Shown in pieces: positions 40,396-49,716 of a stretch of 64,000 bases of DNA. A program made the position numbers and the translations under genes. The first letter of the stretch is position 1. Each line of letters starts with the position of its first letter. A model generated the notes under the pieces. The model was not told the DNA's origin. It saw only the letters and a program-made list of their open reading frames with translations, and made no database searches. The DNA comes from Nitrospirota bacterium. GTDB taxonomy: Bacteria; Nitrospirota; Thermodesulfovibrionia; Thermodesulfovibrionales; Dissulfurispiraceae. The stretch is from positions 1 to 64,000 of the forward strand of contig JBFMCP010000005.1 in NCBI GenBank assembly GCA_040754455.1. The letters are read 5' to 3'.

Positions 40396-42147
40396 ATGAA
40401 GATGCCCTTCCTACATAGGTGGCCCCCTCCGCTCCCCCTGAATCTCAAGTTTATTATAGGGTGCAGCCTGACGCTGATCATCGCCCTCGGCATCTCCTTC
40501 TCCATCATCGCCCGGCGCCAGGAACAGCTGATCATGAAACAAATAGAGAATGAGGCACGCATCGTCTTCAAACAGATTGTCCTCACCAGAAGCTGGATCG
40601 CTGATCACGGCGGTATCTTCATAGAAAAGCTTCCCTGGGTGAAACCCTCTCCCTTCCTCGAAAAACCCGAAATAGTGGACATGAAAGGGAAAAGGTATGT
40701 CAAAGAAACGCCGGCCATGGTCACCAAGGAGCTCTCGAACTATGCAAAGGACCGGGGATTTTACTGGTTCCATATCACCAGCCTCACCCTTACCAACCCC
40801 AGCAATGCTCCCGACGAATTCGAAAAAGGGGCGCTGCAGCAGTTCGAAAGGAGCAGTATAGAGGAGATCATCTCTATTGAGACCATCGACCGGTCGAAAT
40901 ACCTCAGGTACATAGCCCCGCTCTATGTGGAAGAGGCCTGCCTTGGCTGCCATACGCACCAGGGATACAAGGTTGGCGATGTGAGAGGGGCAATCAGCGT
41001 TACCATCCCGATGGACAAGACCCTTGCAGAGATCGCCGCCAACAAAAAGAGAATGCTTATTGCCGCGCTCCTTACCGTTCTCGCCCTTATGTCCGCCATG
41101 TTCCTCATGATGCGGAATCTCGTTCTCACGCCGATGCGGCGGCTGAAATCAGCGATAACAGAGTTCTCCGAGGGTAGGTACAACCCGGCACGGCGGTTAA
41201 GGACAGGCGACGAATTCGAAGACCTCTGCACTGCCTTTTCCGAGATGGCACGATCACTCACCGAATACCATCATTCCCTGAACGACAAGATTCGTGCCGC
41301 AACGGAAGATCTTGAGGAGACAAACAAAAAGCTGCTCGAGGCGAACCGGCTGCTCAACGAATCGAACATCAGGAAATCCGATTTCATTGCCAGGGCATCC
41401 CATGAGCTGCGGACGCCGCTTACCTCAATCAAAGGCGCGATGGACTATATCGCTGCACGGCTCTCTGCAATTCCCCAGGAGAAGATCGCGGGCACCTCCT
41501 TCGAAGATCTCTCCGTCTTCTTCGAGGTAATCAAGAAGAACGCCGAGCGGCTCATCCGCATGGTCACCACCATGCTCGATCTCGAACGGATCGAGATGGG
41601 CGTTGCCGAATTCAACTACACTGCCGCCAATCTCTCCTCTCTCATTGTGGAAACCATGACCTCTCTCCAGGTGAACGCCGATGAAAAAAGCATTATTTTC
41701 TATGCCGACTTGCCCAATGCGCTCCCTGTGTACGCCGATGAGGACAAAATAAAACAGGTTCTGGTGAATCTCCTGTCCAATGCCATAAAATTCAGCCCAG
41801 AAGGTTCTGAAATCACTATCCATGCCTCAATCGAGCATGATTATGTGCTCACAAAGCTCTGTGACAGCGGTCCCGGCGTGCCCGAAGCGGAACAGGAAAA
41901 AATTTTTGAGAAATTCTATAAAAGGGACAGCAAAGAGGGCACCGGGCTCGGTCTCGCCATCTGCAAATCCATTATTGAGGCACATCGCGGTACTATCGGC
42001 GTTGTCAGCGATGGAAGGAAGGGGAGTTGCTTCTATTTCGAGCTGCCATGTCTCAAGGGGGGCCGGGGATGCGGCACTCAGGAGAACGACGGGGACAAAG
42101 CCCACCATCCCACGCAGAAGGGCAACATAGTATCTGCGCCATGCTGA
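40396..42147 (+). CDS. Sensor histidine kinase with heme c-binding DUF3365-like periplasmic domain and HAMP
   Basis: CLGCH, GDVRGAISV, SHELRTPL, NAIKF, GTGLGL. Confidence 0.93.
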   Translation: MKMPFLHRWPPPLPLNLKFIIGCSLTLIIALGISFSIIARRQEQLIMKQIENEARIVFKQIVLTRSWIADHGGIFIEKLPWVKPSPFLEKPEIVDMKGKRYVKETPAMVTKELSNYAKDRGFYWFHITSLTLTNPSNAPDEFEKGALQQFERSSIEEIISIETIDRSKYLRYIAPLYVEEACLGCHTHQGYKVGDVRGAISVTIPMDKTLAEIAANKKRMLIAALLTVLALMSAMFLMMRNLVLTPMRRLKSAITEFSEGRYNPARRLRTGDEFEDLCTAFSEMARSLTEYHHSLNDKIRAATEDLEETNKKLLEANRLLNESNIRKSDFIARASHELRTPLTSIKGAMDYIAARLSAIPQEKIAGTSFEDLSVFFEVIKKNAERLIRMVTTMLDLERIEMGVAEFNYTAANLSSLIVETMTSLQVNADEKSIIFYADLPNALPVYADEDKIKQVLVNLLSNAIKFSPEGSEITIHASIEHDYVLTKLCDSGPGVPEAEQEKIFEKFYKRDSKEGTGLGLAICKSIIEAHRGTIGVVSDGRKGSCFYFELPCLKGGRGCGTQENDGDKAHHPTQKGNIVSAPC

Positions 42148-42839
42148 AACAGAAGGAAAACTATACCACACTGGTCATTGATGACGATAAGGATATTCTG
42201 AAGGTCCTCAAGGCGAACCTTGAGCTCCACAACCTCACTGTTCTCACCGCCGATTCCTGGACAGCAGGGCAAAAAATACTAGCAACAGAGAGGCCGGATC
42301 TCATGATTCTCGATCTCATGCTTCCCGACGGCGACGGCATAGAGATCTGCCGGACCATCAGGAAGTTCGACCCCACCCTGCCGATCATCATGCTCACCGC
42401 CAAGGACAAGATTTCCGACAAGGTCATCGGCCTCGAAAGCGGCGCCGACGACTATGTGGTCAAACCTTTTGAAACCCTCGAGCTGATTGCACGTATAAAG
42501 GCATGCCTGAGGAGAGTAAAGCCCGCGGAGAAAGAGGACCATATTACCATAGGCGACCTGAGCATTGATTACAAAAGGAGAGCCGTCAAAATAAGAAATC
42601 ACGAAGTTGTCCTCACGCCAAAGGAGTATGACCTGCTCTGCTTTCTGGCCGCCCATCGCCATAGAGTCGTGAGCAGGGAGGATATCAAGAAATATCTCTG
42701 GAAGGAATCGAAGATCTATTCCTGGAGCAGGGTCCTAGATGTGCATATCCAGCATCTACGCCACAAGATAGAAAAGAACCCTTCGGAGCCAGAATATATC
42801 ATCACTGTCCCGGGCGTGGGATACAAATTCAAAGAATAA
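42141..42839 (+). CDS. OmpR-family response regulator
   Basis: IDDD, LDLMLP, GADDYVVKPF, LTPKEYDLL, VGYKF. Confidence 0.96.
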   Translation: MLKQKENYTTLVIDDDKDILKVLKANLELHNLTVLTADSWTAGQKILATERPDLMILDLMLPDGDGIEICRTIRKFDPTLPIIMLTAKDKISDKVIGLESGADDYVVKPFETLELIARIKACLRRVKPAEKEDHITIGDLSIDYKRRAVKIRNHEVVLTPKEYDLLCFLAAHRHRVVSREDIKKYLWKESKIYSWSRVLDVHIQHLRHKIEKNPSEPEYIITVPGVGYKFKE

Positions 42840-42840
42840 G

Positions 42841-42958
42841 TTCGAAATCCTAAGCACTAAATCCTAAACAAATTCAAAATTCAAATAAATTGAGAGGTTT
42901 TGAATTTTGATCATTCGGATTTGTTTCGGATTTAGGATTTCGAATTTAGAATTTGAAT
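42841..42958. repeat. Long inverted heptamer hairpin (AAATCCT family) between convergent genes
   Basis: TTCGAAATCCTAAGCACTAAATCCTAAACAAATTC / ATTTGTTTCGGATTTAGGATTTCGAATTTAG. Confidence 0.85.
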
Positions 42959-43740
42959 GAGAGCGGTTTCCCTTTCCCCTTCATTTTCTCGCAGGCAGCG
43001 ATGCACTCTCCGCAGTTGTGGCAGAGCGGATAGATTTGTTCTCCCATCGGGTTCAGACCAAGTTGGCATGCCTCTGCGCATTCGAGACACCTGCCGCAGA
43101 CATGCACGGCGTCTTCGGAAAAGACGACCTTCATGGTTGATCTCATCCTGAACAAGCCCAGGAAGCCACCTACAGGGCAGATATAGTTGCACCAGACTCT
43201 CCGCGCAATAAACATCTCAGCAAGGACAATAATTCCGATAAGAGCGAGCTCCCATCCCACTACTTCCTCGTAAAAATATTTCGATATCTGGACGGAGATG
43301 ATCCCCGGCGCCGAAATGAGGTTCGCTGCCGGAAAGCCGATCAGCGGTGCAGCAATGAGCAGGCATACCATCACTGCATACCGCGGTACTGCCGTAGGAG
43401 GCAGCGTAAGTATTCTCCTGATGCGTCCCCTCCGGGAGAAGCAGTCGACTATTTCGGAAATCGTATTCTGCGGGCACATCCAGCTGCAGAAGACCCTCCC
43501 GAATACCAGAGCCAGAAGCAGCGGAAGGAGCATCGAGAGTAAGAGCACCCGGTCTGCGCTCAGCGATGCCATAACGGTCTGAACGCCGCTCAGGGGATCG
43601 GTGATCCAGAGCGGTCCGACAGCAAAGGAATAAAGGCTCCCTGTTATGGCCGTTATCCCCCTTATATTCAGCAGGGGAATAAGCACTATCATGAGCAGCG
43701 TCGCTCCCTGAGACAGCCTGCGCAGCAGTTTCAGTTTCAT
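42946..43740 (-). CDS. napH: Quinol dehydrogenase membrane subunit NapH
   Basis: GRVFCSWMCP, WCNYICP, two ferredoxin motifs; ATGA overlap. Confidence 0.9.
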   Translation of the reverse strand: MKLKLLRRLSQGATLLMIVLIPLLNIRGITAITGSLYSFAVGPLWITDPLSGVQTVMASLSADRVLLLSMLLPLLLALVFGRVFCSWMCPQNTISEIVDCFSRRGRIRRILTLPPTAVPRYAVMVCLLIAAPLIGFPAANLISAPGIISVQISKYFYEEVVGWELALIGIIVLAEMFIARRVWCNYICPVGGFLGLFRMRSTMKVVFSEDAVHVCGRCLECAEACQLGLNPMGEQIYPLCHNCGECIAACEKMKGKGKPLSFKF

Positions 43741-44216
43741 TCCCTGCCTCCTGGTTGCACGGCAATCGCAGCGGGATCGACAGGACAGACATTTTCGCAG
43801 ATGCCGCAGCCGACGCATTTGCTATCATCGACCACCGGCCTCAATTCACCATCCATCTTTATTGCCTCATCGAAAATGGGACAGCTCTGGTAGCAGCTCC
43901 TGCAGATGGTTCCCTGCCAGGCGAGGCACTCTTTCTTGTTGATGCGCGCGACCCCCATCTTCACTTCCTGTTTTCTTTTCAGGCTGCGGTCGAGCGCACC
44001 GGATGGGCAGACAGGAGGACACTTCATGCAGAGATAGCAGGGGACCTCCCGCGCCCTGATATACGGCGTCCCCATGGCCGCCACCCCATCGAGAAGAGAA
44101 GCGGTCTTTATCGATTTATAGGGGCAGACCTGCATGCATTTGCCGCACCGCATGCACCGGGCAGCAAATTCGATCTCATTGAGAGCGCCGGGGGGACGAA
44201 GTAATTTTTTATTCAT
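43737..44216 (-). CDS. napG: Ferredoxin-type NapG
   Basis: LRPPGA, CMRCGKC, four Cys clusters. Confidence 0.88.
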   Translation of the reverse strand: MNKKLLRPPGALNEIEFAARCMRCGKCMQVCPYKSIKTASLLDGVAAMGTPYIRAREVPCYLCMKCPPVCPSGALDRSLKRKQEVKMGVARINKKECLAWQGTICRSCYQSCPIFDEAIKMDGELRPVVDDSKCVGCGICENVCPVDPAAIAVQPGGRE

Positions 44217-44436
44217 AATCTCCGGCAAAAACCGGGTATACTCCGACGACGTCTTCAAGAACGTAGAGTTCCTTTATCGTATCCTCTACGATGCTGAGGT
44301 CGTCTCCATCTATAACAGCGACAATCTGGTTGTCCTTAACACCGTAGACGCTCACCCTGTCGAGATCGGCGAGGCGGTGCAGCACCGCCTCGCTCATTCC
44401 CTCCTGAATTTCAATAACCACGCTGGCCACCGCCAT
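44209..44436 (-). CDS. napD: NapA chaperone NapD
   Basis: 75 aa, MAVASVVI, directly after napA. Confidence 0.85.
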   Translation of the reverse strand: MAVASVVIEIQEGMSEAVLHRLADLDRVSVYGVKDNQIVAVIDGDDLSIVEDTIKELYVLEDVVGVYPVFAGDYE

Positions 44437-44444
44437 GGCTTCAC

Positions 44445-46748
44445 CTACACCTTCTCGACCTTCACCGCGCAGATCTTGAATTCAGGCTGCTTCGATTGCG
44501 CATCGTAGGCATCGGTGGTAAGGATGTTGATGAGTCTGTCGGGATAGTGCATGGGCACAAACACCAGCCCCTGCCGCGGCACATCGACCACTTTCGCCTC
44601 AAGGACGATCGATCCCCTCCGCGAAGTAAGCCTTACCTTATCCCTGCTCTTGATACCGAGCTTCTGTGCATCCTTCGGATTGATCTCAACGTAGGCGTCG
44701 GGCGCCGAGCGCTTCAGTTCGGGCACTTTGAGGGTCATCGTGCCGGTATGCCAGTGCTCGATCTGTCTTCCCGTAGTCAATACAAACGGGTACTCTGCAT
44801 CGGGCGGCTCAGCAGGACCTTTGTAAGGCCTGAGCCACACGGTCGCCTTGTTGCCGTCGGCCTTTGCGCCATAGAACGAGACATCCTTTGCATTGGGATC
44901 GAACTTCTTCAGGAGCGGGTCGCCGTATTTCGCCGTATACCGTCTCAGCGTACCGGGATGGTCCTCGGTCGGGCAGGGCCACAAAATACCGTGGGCCTTC
45001 TTCATCCGTGCCCTTGTCATTCCCATGAAATCATACGCCGTGCCTTTCGAGCACTGTCTGATTTCATTCCAGACATCTTCGGTATTTTTATAATTGAAGA
45101 GCCGCTTTGCTTCAGCCTCTCTGCCCAGGGCCTTGAAGAGCTTGTTCGCAAACTCGACCATCACCATCAGGTCAGGCCGGGCCTCGCCCTGCGGCTCTAC
45201 CGCTTTTTCGAGATATTGATAGCGACGCTCCGATTGGCCGTAGGTGCCGTCCTTTTCTACCCACAATGCAGCGGGAAGGACGAGATCGGCGAGTTCGGAG
45301 GTTCTGGTGGGATGATATGCCTCGGAAACCACAAGGAAGGTATCTTTCGATTCCATGCCCTTTCGGTAAGGTGAGAGATTGGGAAGGCTCTGTCCCGGAT
45401 TGGTACAGGCGATCCAGAGCGCCTTGATTTCGCCCCTGTTGAAACCTCTGAAGATATCGACTGCCGTCGGTCCTGGTTTCGGCTGTATTCTGCCCCTGGG
45501 AACGCCCCAGAACTTCTCCATATCCTCTCTGTCTTTTTCATTAGCGATGAGCCTGCCGTAAGGGAGCAGATGGCTCAGCAAGCCCGTATCTCTTATACCG
45601 CCGCAGGCATTCGGCTGTCCGGTGAGGGAGAAGGAGGTTGCGCCGGGCCTGCAGATCTGGCCGGTGAGGAGGTGGAGATTGTGAACGAGATTGTTCACCC
45701 ATACGCCGCGCGTCCTCTGGTTCAGACCCATGCACCAGAAGCTCATCGTCGCCCTGGACTGGGCGAACCAGCGTGCTGCCTTTATAATCTCTTCCTTCGG
45801 GCACTGCGAAACCTTTTCGGCCATTTCCGGCGTGTACTCTTCGAGAAATTTCACGTATTCCTCAAACGTGACCTTTGCCGGCTTATCGTCCTTTACTGTC
45901 TTGAATACAAGATGATTACCTACATAATCCTTGCTGTAAAGATTCTCTTTCACGATTACATGGGCCATGGCGTGGAGAATGGCGAGATCAGTGCCGGGAG
46001 TAAAGCTCATGTGCAGGTCGGCGATTCTCGCAGAAAGCGTCTTTCTCGGGTCGGCCATGATGATCTTTACGTTCTTATCTTTGTTCTTTCTCTCATTCAC
46101 CAGCCTGAAGATGACCGGGTGCGCCTCCGCCATGTTCGAGCCGATGATGAAGAAGCAGTCGGCATGATTGATATCGTCATAGGAACCCATAGGCTCGTCC
46201 TTGCCGAAGGTCGAGACATAGCCGACAGCTGCCGATGCCATGCAGAGCCGCGGGTTGCCGTCGATGTTGTTGGTGCCGAGGCCGCCCTTGAAGAATTTAT
46301 TCATGAAATAGGATTCCTCGGTGTAGGCCTGTCCCGACCCATAGAAGGCAACGGCGTTTGCACCGTTCTTCTTGATCGCGTCAGCAAACTTTTCAACCAT
46401 CAGGTCCATCGCCTCTTTCCAGGAGATGCGGACGAACTTGCCGTCTTTCTTCAGCATCGGTGAGGTTGCCCTGTCAGCGGCATAGAGGATCGGCGGCAGG
46501 TAATAGCCCTTAACGCAGAGGAATCCCTTATTCCAGTTATCCTTGTCGCCCTGTACGGCAACGACCTTGCCTTTGCTTACACCGGCATAGACACCGCAGC
46601 CTGCGCCGCAGTATCTGCAGACCGCCTTTACCCACTTCTCGGCATGCACTGCTTGAAGCTCCTTCGGCAGCGGCAGCTCAAGTCCGATAGCAGAGGCTGC
46701 GGCAAGAGCGGCGGAATATTTGATCAATTGTCTTCGTGTCATTTGCAT
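44445..46748 (-). CDS. napA: Periplasmic nitrate reductase catalytic subunit
   Basis: Tat TRRQLIK, CRYCGAGC, PRLCMASA, LTGQPNACG, EHWHTG. Confidence 0.96.
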   Translation of the reverse strand: MQMTRRQLIKYSAALAAASAIGLELPLPKELQAVHAEKWVKAVCRYCGAGCGVYAGVSKGKVVAVQGDKDNWNKGFLCVKGYYLPPILYAADRATSPMLKKDGKFVRISWKEAMDLMVEKFADAIKKNGANAVAFYGSGQAYTEESYFMNKFFKGGLGTNNIDGNPRLCMASAAVGYVSTFGKDEPMGSYDDINHADCFFIIGSNMAEAHPVIFRLVNERKNKDKNVKIIMADPRKTLSARIADLHMSFTPGTDLAILHAMAHVIVKENLYSKDYVGNHLVFKTVKDDKPAKVTFEEYVKFLEEYTPEMAEKVSQCPKEEIIKAARWFAQSRATMSFWCMGLNQRTRGVWVNNLVHNLHLLTGQICRPGATSFSLTGQPNACGGIRDTGLLSHLLPYGRLIANEKDREDMEKFWGVPRGRIQPKPGPTAVDIFRGFNRGEIKALWIACTNPGQSLPNLSPYRKGMESKDTFLVVSEAYHPTRTSELADLVLPAALWVEKDGTYGQSERRYQYLEKAVEPQGEARPDLMVMVEFANKLFKALGREAEAKRLFNYKNTEDVWNEIRQCSKGTAYDFMGMTRARMKKAHGILWPCPTEDHPGTLRRYTAKYGDPLLKKFDPNAKDVSFYGAKADGNKATVWLRPYKGPAEPPDAEYPFVLTTGRQIEHWHTGTMTLKVPELKRSAPDAYVEINPKDAQKLGIKSRDKVRLTSRRGSIVLEAKVVDVPRQGLVFVPMHYPDRLINILTTDAYDAQSKQPEFKICAVKVEKV

Positions 46749-46750
46749 GA

Positions 46751-47104
46751 TTATTTCCCTCCCTGCGTGTGGAACTTGCCGGTCACCGCATGCGCATCAT
46801 GGCACAAGAAACAATCTCTCACCTTCGGCGGCAGTTTCTTCTCCACATCCACAACCTTTTCTCCATGGCAGCCGCGGCATCTGTAGATGTCGGGCTTCGC
46901 CATGAAGTTCTTGTCCGTTGAACCGTGGCATACCACACACTTTACATTCATCAGTCCGTGTTTGCCGTCCTGCCACACCTGTGTCTGTGTCCCGTGGCAT
47001 TCATAACACTCCTGATCCTCAGGTGTCTTTATGTGCTTTTTCTCCTTTGCGGGAACAGCGACCGGCAGGATAAGGATCAGGATGAGCACTATAAGTTTTT
47101 TCAT
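46751..47104 (-). CDS. Small tetraheme cytochrome c (NapM-like)
   Basis: Signal peptide; CYECH, CVVCH, CRGCH, CFLCH. Confidence 0.88.
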   Translation of the reverse strand: MKKLIVLILILILPVAVPAKEKKHIKTPEDQECYECHGTQTQVWQDGKHGLMNVKCVVCHGSTDKNFMAKPDIYRCRGCHGEKVVDVEKKLPPKVRDCFLCHDAHAVTGKFHTQGGK

Positions 47105-47123
47105 AAAACCCCCTCGGAATTGC

Positions 47124-47164
47124 ACCACAGAGAGCACAGCGCGTTGCTCCATGCTCTCCGTGGT
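47124..47164 (-). other. Intergenic hairpin after the nitrite reductase gene
   Basis: ACCACAGAGAGCA / TGCTCTCCGTGGT. Confidence 0.6.
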
Positions 47165-47175
47165 CAGGTCGTTAA

Positions 47176-48849
47176 TTATTTTGCCGATGCGGTCTTGAGA
47201 GCCATCGCGTCGTTCAGAAGCTTGATGCCCTTCTGCGACTCGTCAATGGATCTCGTAAGCGACTCTCGTGCCATATCAGGGTTATGGAAGCCGTCGGAAT
47301 TCTCCGCAGTCCAGAACTCCCAGAGAATATGCGCCCTCAAGTGCTGATCCTGTGCCTTCTTAATGGTCTCGGCATCAACGCCTGCTTTCTTCGCCTCGAG
47401 GATCTTGTCGATAAGTGCCGAGAGGTTGAACTCAGCCTTTCTCATCTTTCCTCTTATATACGCCTTAACGGAATCAATAGCATACTTTGCCTGCTCTTCG
47501 GTCCACTTCGGATGGCACTTGAGGCAGGTCTCTTTGAGCTGCACCTTTGGAGTGACAGCAAAGTGCGACGTATAGAGCTTGCCGGTCTTCTTGTCCTTTA
47601 CCTTAGGCGTATGGCATCTGTCGCAGCCGACGCCGGCCTTGCCGTGCTTTGAGTTGTAGTAAGCTTCTGCTTCGGGGTGCTGCGCCTTCCAGAGCATGCC
47701 GCCGGTCAGAGCGTGCTTGAAATCGACAAAATTGATTTTGTTCACATAGTGCTCATAGAGTTCGAACACATCTTTGTAGGGGAAGTGGTTGGTCCTTCTG
47801 TCGGTCATCTTCACCGGCTCGCCCGTCTTGGTGTCGGTGCCGGGGTTGCAGTTATACTCCACATGGCATTGGCCGCACTGGAGTTTCGTATCGTATTTCT
47901 CGAGCAGCGCAATCTTTCTGGTGTAGCCCCTTACCCCCATATCGATAACAGTGATCTTGGTCCTCTTCGGGTCTTTGTGCCAGAGCGTATCGCCGTCAGG
48001 CCTGGTGAGCGCATCGATGAGACCGTCTCGCACGATCCTCGGCTTTGCTGCATGCGGATCGTGGCAGGTGTAGCAGTTGAGGCCATGCTGTACCGACTTG
48101 GCTACTTCGACGACATTCGATGTCCTCGAAAATTTTGCACCCTGCACCGGATCGCCCATATATGCCCAATCAAGGATCTGGTCCTGGGTCTTGCACTGCA
48201 GGCAGACCGGGTTGGCCGCTGCCGCGCTTTGGGTGATATACGCTTTATGCTCTTTGCTATCCGGATACTTGTCCATCAGGATGTCCCAGGCCTTGCCGGT
48301 CTCGAAGATATACTGCCAGCCGTTCTTGCCCTGAAACCTGCCGCCGTACGCCCTGTCAACAACCAGGTGATCCACCAGCATCGAGACATGGCTCCTGGTC
48401 AGCGCATGCTCTTTGGTGAAGCCGTGACCTGCCATGAGCTTGTCCCAGAACGGATTGGGCGCCCTGTTGGTGAGCTGTGATTTCTCATCCCTTGCAGGGC
48501 GGTGATAGGCCTGCTTCATAAAGGACTCCATCTGCTCTTTATGGCACTGGCCGCAGGCTTGCCAGGACATATCGGTAACCGGTCTCGTGTCAGGTCCGGG
48601 AGCCTTGAGATGCTTGTCGAGCCCGCTGTGGCAGTTTACACAGTTGATCTTTGCATGCTTGCCCATCTTGTGCAGGTCCTTCACCTGTGCATGGCACATA
48701 TAGCATGCATCCACCTTAACCGGTTTTTCCGCTGCTGCCTTCCTTGCATCGGGATTCTTATACTGCGCGTCGGCATTGCTGTAAAAACCAAATCCCGCAA
48801 GCGCCATGATAAAAATTGTTGCTACTACGAAATACCCTCTCCTATTCAT
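47176..48849 (-). CDS. Octaheme ammonia-forming cytochrome c nitrite reductase (ONR/TvNiR-type)
   Basis: 7 CxxCH plus catalytic CLQCK, CGQCHVEYNC, KAQHPE, AENSDGFHNP. Confidence 0.92.
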   Translation of the reverse strand: MNRRGYFVVATIFIMALAGFGFYSNADAQYKNPDARKAAAEKPVKVDACYMCHAQVKDLHKMGKHAKINCVNCHSGLDKHLKAPGPDTRPVTDMSWQACGQCHKEQMESFMKQAYHRPARDEKSQLTNRAPNPFWDKLMAGHGFTKEHALTRSHVSMLVDHLVVDRAYGGRFQGKNGWQYIFETGKAWDILMDKYPDSKEHKAYITQSAAAANPVCLQCKTQDQILDWAYMGDPVQGAKFSRTSNVVEVAKSVQHGLNCYTCHDPHAAKPRIVRDGLIDALTRPDGDTLWHKDPKRTKITVIDMGVRGYTRKIALLEKYDTKLQCGQCHVEYNCNPGTDTKTGEPVKMTDRRTNHFPYKDVFELYEHYVNKINFVDFKHALTGGMLWKAQHPEAEAYYNSKHGKAGVGCDRCHTPKVKDKKTGKLYTSHFAVTPKVQLKETCLKCHPKWTEEQAKYAIDSVKAYIRGKMRKAEFNLSALIDKILEAKKAGVDAETIKKAQDQHLRAHILWEFWTAENSDGFHNPDMARESLTRSIDESQKGIKLLNDAMALKTASAK

Positions 48850-48969
48850 TGCTTCCCTCCTCATCCTGTGTTTTAAAAAGTGCCTTTCCCCTCGAAATGA
48901 GTGGTCCATACCGACTCCCCGTACATTTAAAATTTTCAACAACCTGACTACATGGTACTTACAAATCAG

Positions 48970-49009
48970 GTAAATTTCACATTAATCCGCGTAAATTTTT
49001 TGTAAATTT
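48970..49009. promoter_or_regulatory. GTAAATTT direct repeats, candidate OmpR-family boxes
   Basis: Copies at 48970, 48991, 49002 (21 and 11 bp apart). Confidence 0.55.
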
Positions 49010-49108
49010 TGAGGGGAAGGAGAACGTGCAGAAAGCATAGGCAGCAGGAGCAAAAAGAACTGCACTATTCATAGTAAAAACCCAGCGGGACCGAACTCTT
49101 CGGTGTCT

Positions 49109-49597
49109 CTAGAAAGAGGCCTCTTTCTGCTCGAGCTGAAAGCCGATCTTTCTCAACTCAGCAGCGATCATTTCGACGAACTTGCCGATGTTATTCTGAA
49201 TTTCCTCTGACATTGCGAGGCCGGTATCCATGCATTTCGGTTCGATGCCGAGAAGCACAATGTGCTTCGGCATCTTCTCGGTAAGCTGTGCTGCGGCGAG
49301 GAGGTCGGAGAGGCCGAGCTGGTGGGGAGAAATTTTACTATAGAAAAAAGCGGGGACTTCATCGCCCTCCATGCGCACGATGGTGCCGGGAGGGTTTCCG
49401 TTCTTTACGACATCAATGACAAAGACGTAATCTCTACCCTCAATGTAATGGAGAAGCTCTATTCCCATAGTGCCGCCGTCGATAACTTCGACGCCTTCGG
49501 GGATACGGTATTTCCTCTGGAACTCCTCCACCACCCGCACCCCTGCTCCCTCATCCATCAGGAGCAAATTTCCTATTCCCATTACTAAAACATTCAT
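49109..49597 (-). CDS. hybD: Hydrogenase maturation protease HybD-type
   Basis: GIGNLLLMDEGAG, DGGT, SPHQLG. Confidence 0.93.
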   Translation of the reverse strand: MNVLVMGIGNLLLMDEGAGVRVVEEFQRKYRIPEGVEVIDGGTMGIELLHYIEGRDYVFVIDVVKNGNPPGTIVRMEGDEVPAFFYSKISPHQLGLSDLLAAAQLTEKMPKHIVLLGIEPKCMDTGLAMSEEIQNNIGKFVEMIAAELRKIGFQLEQKEASF

Positions 49598-49716
49598 AAA
49601 TGATCACCCTTTTATAATTTAACATACGTAGGAATGACACACCCTTAAAAAGGGGGCAGGGCAAAGTACTGAGAAAAATTCCAAGTACCATGCCCCTCTC
49701 AAATAATTTATACCCC

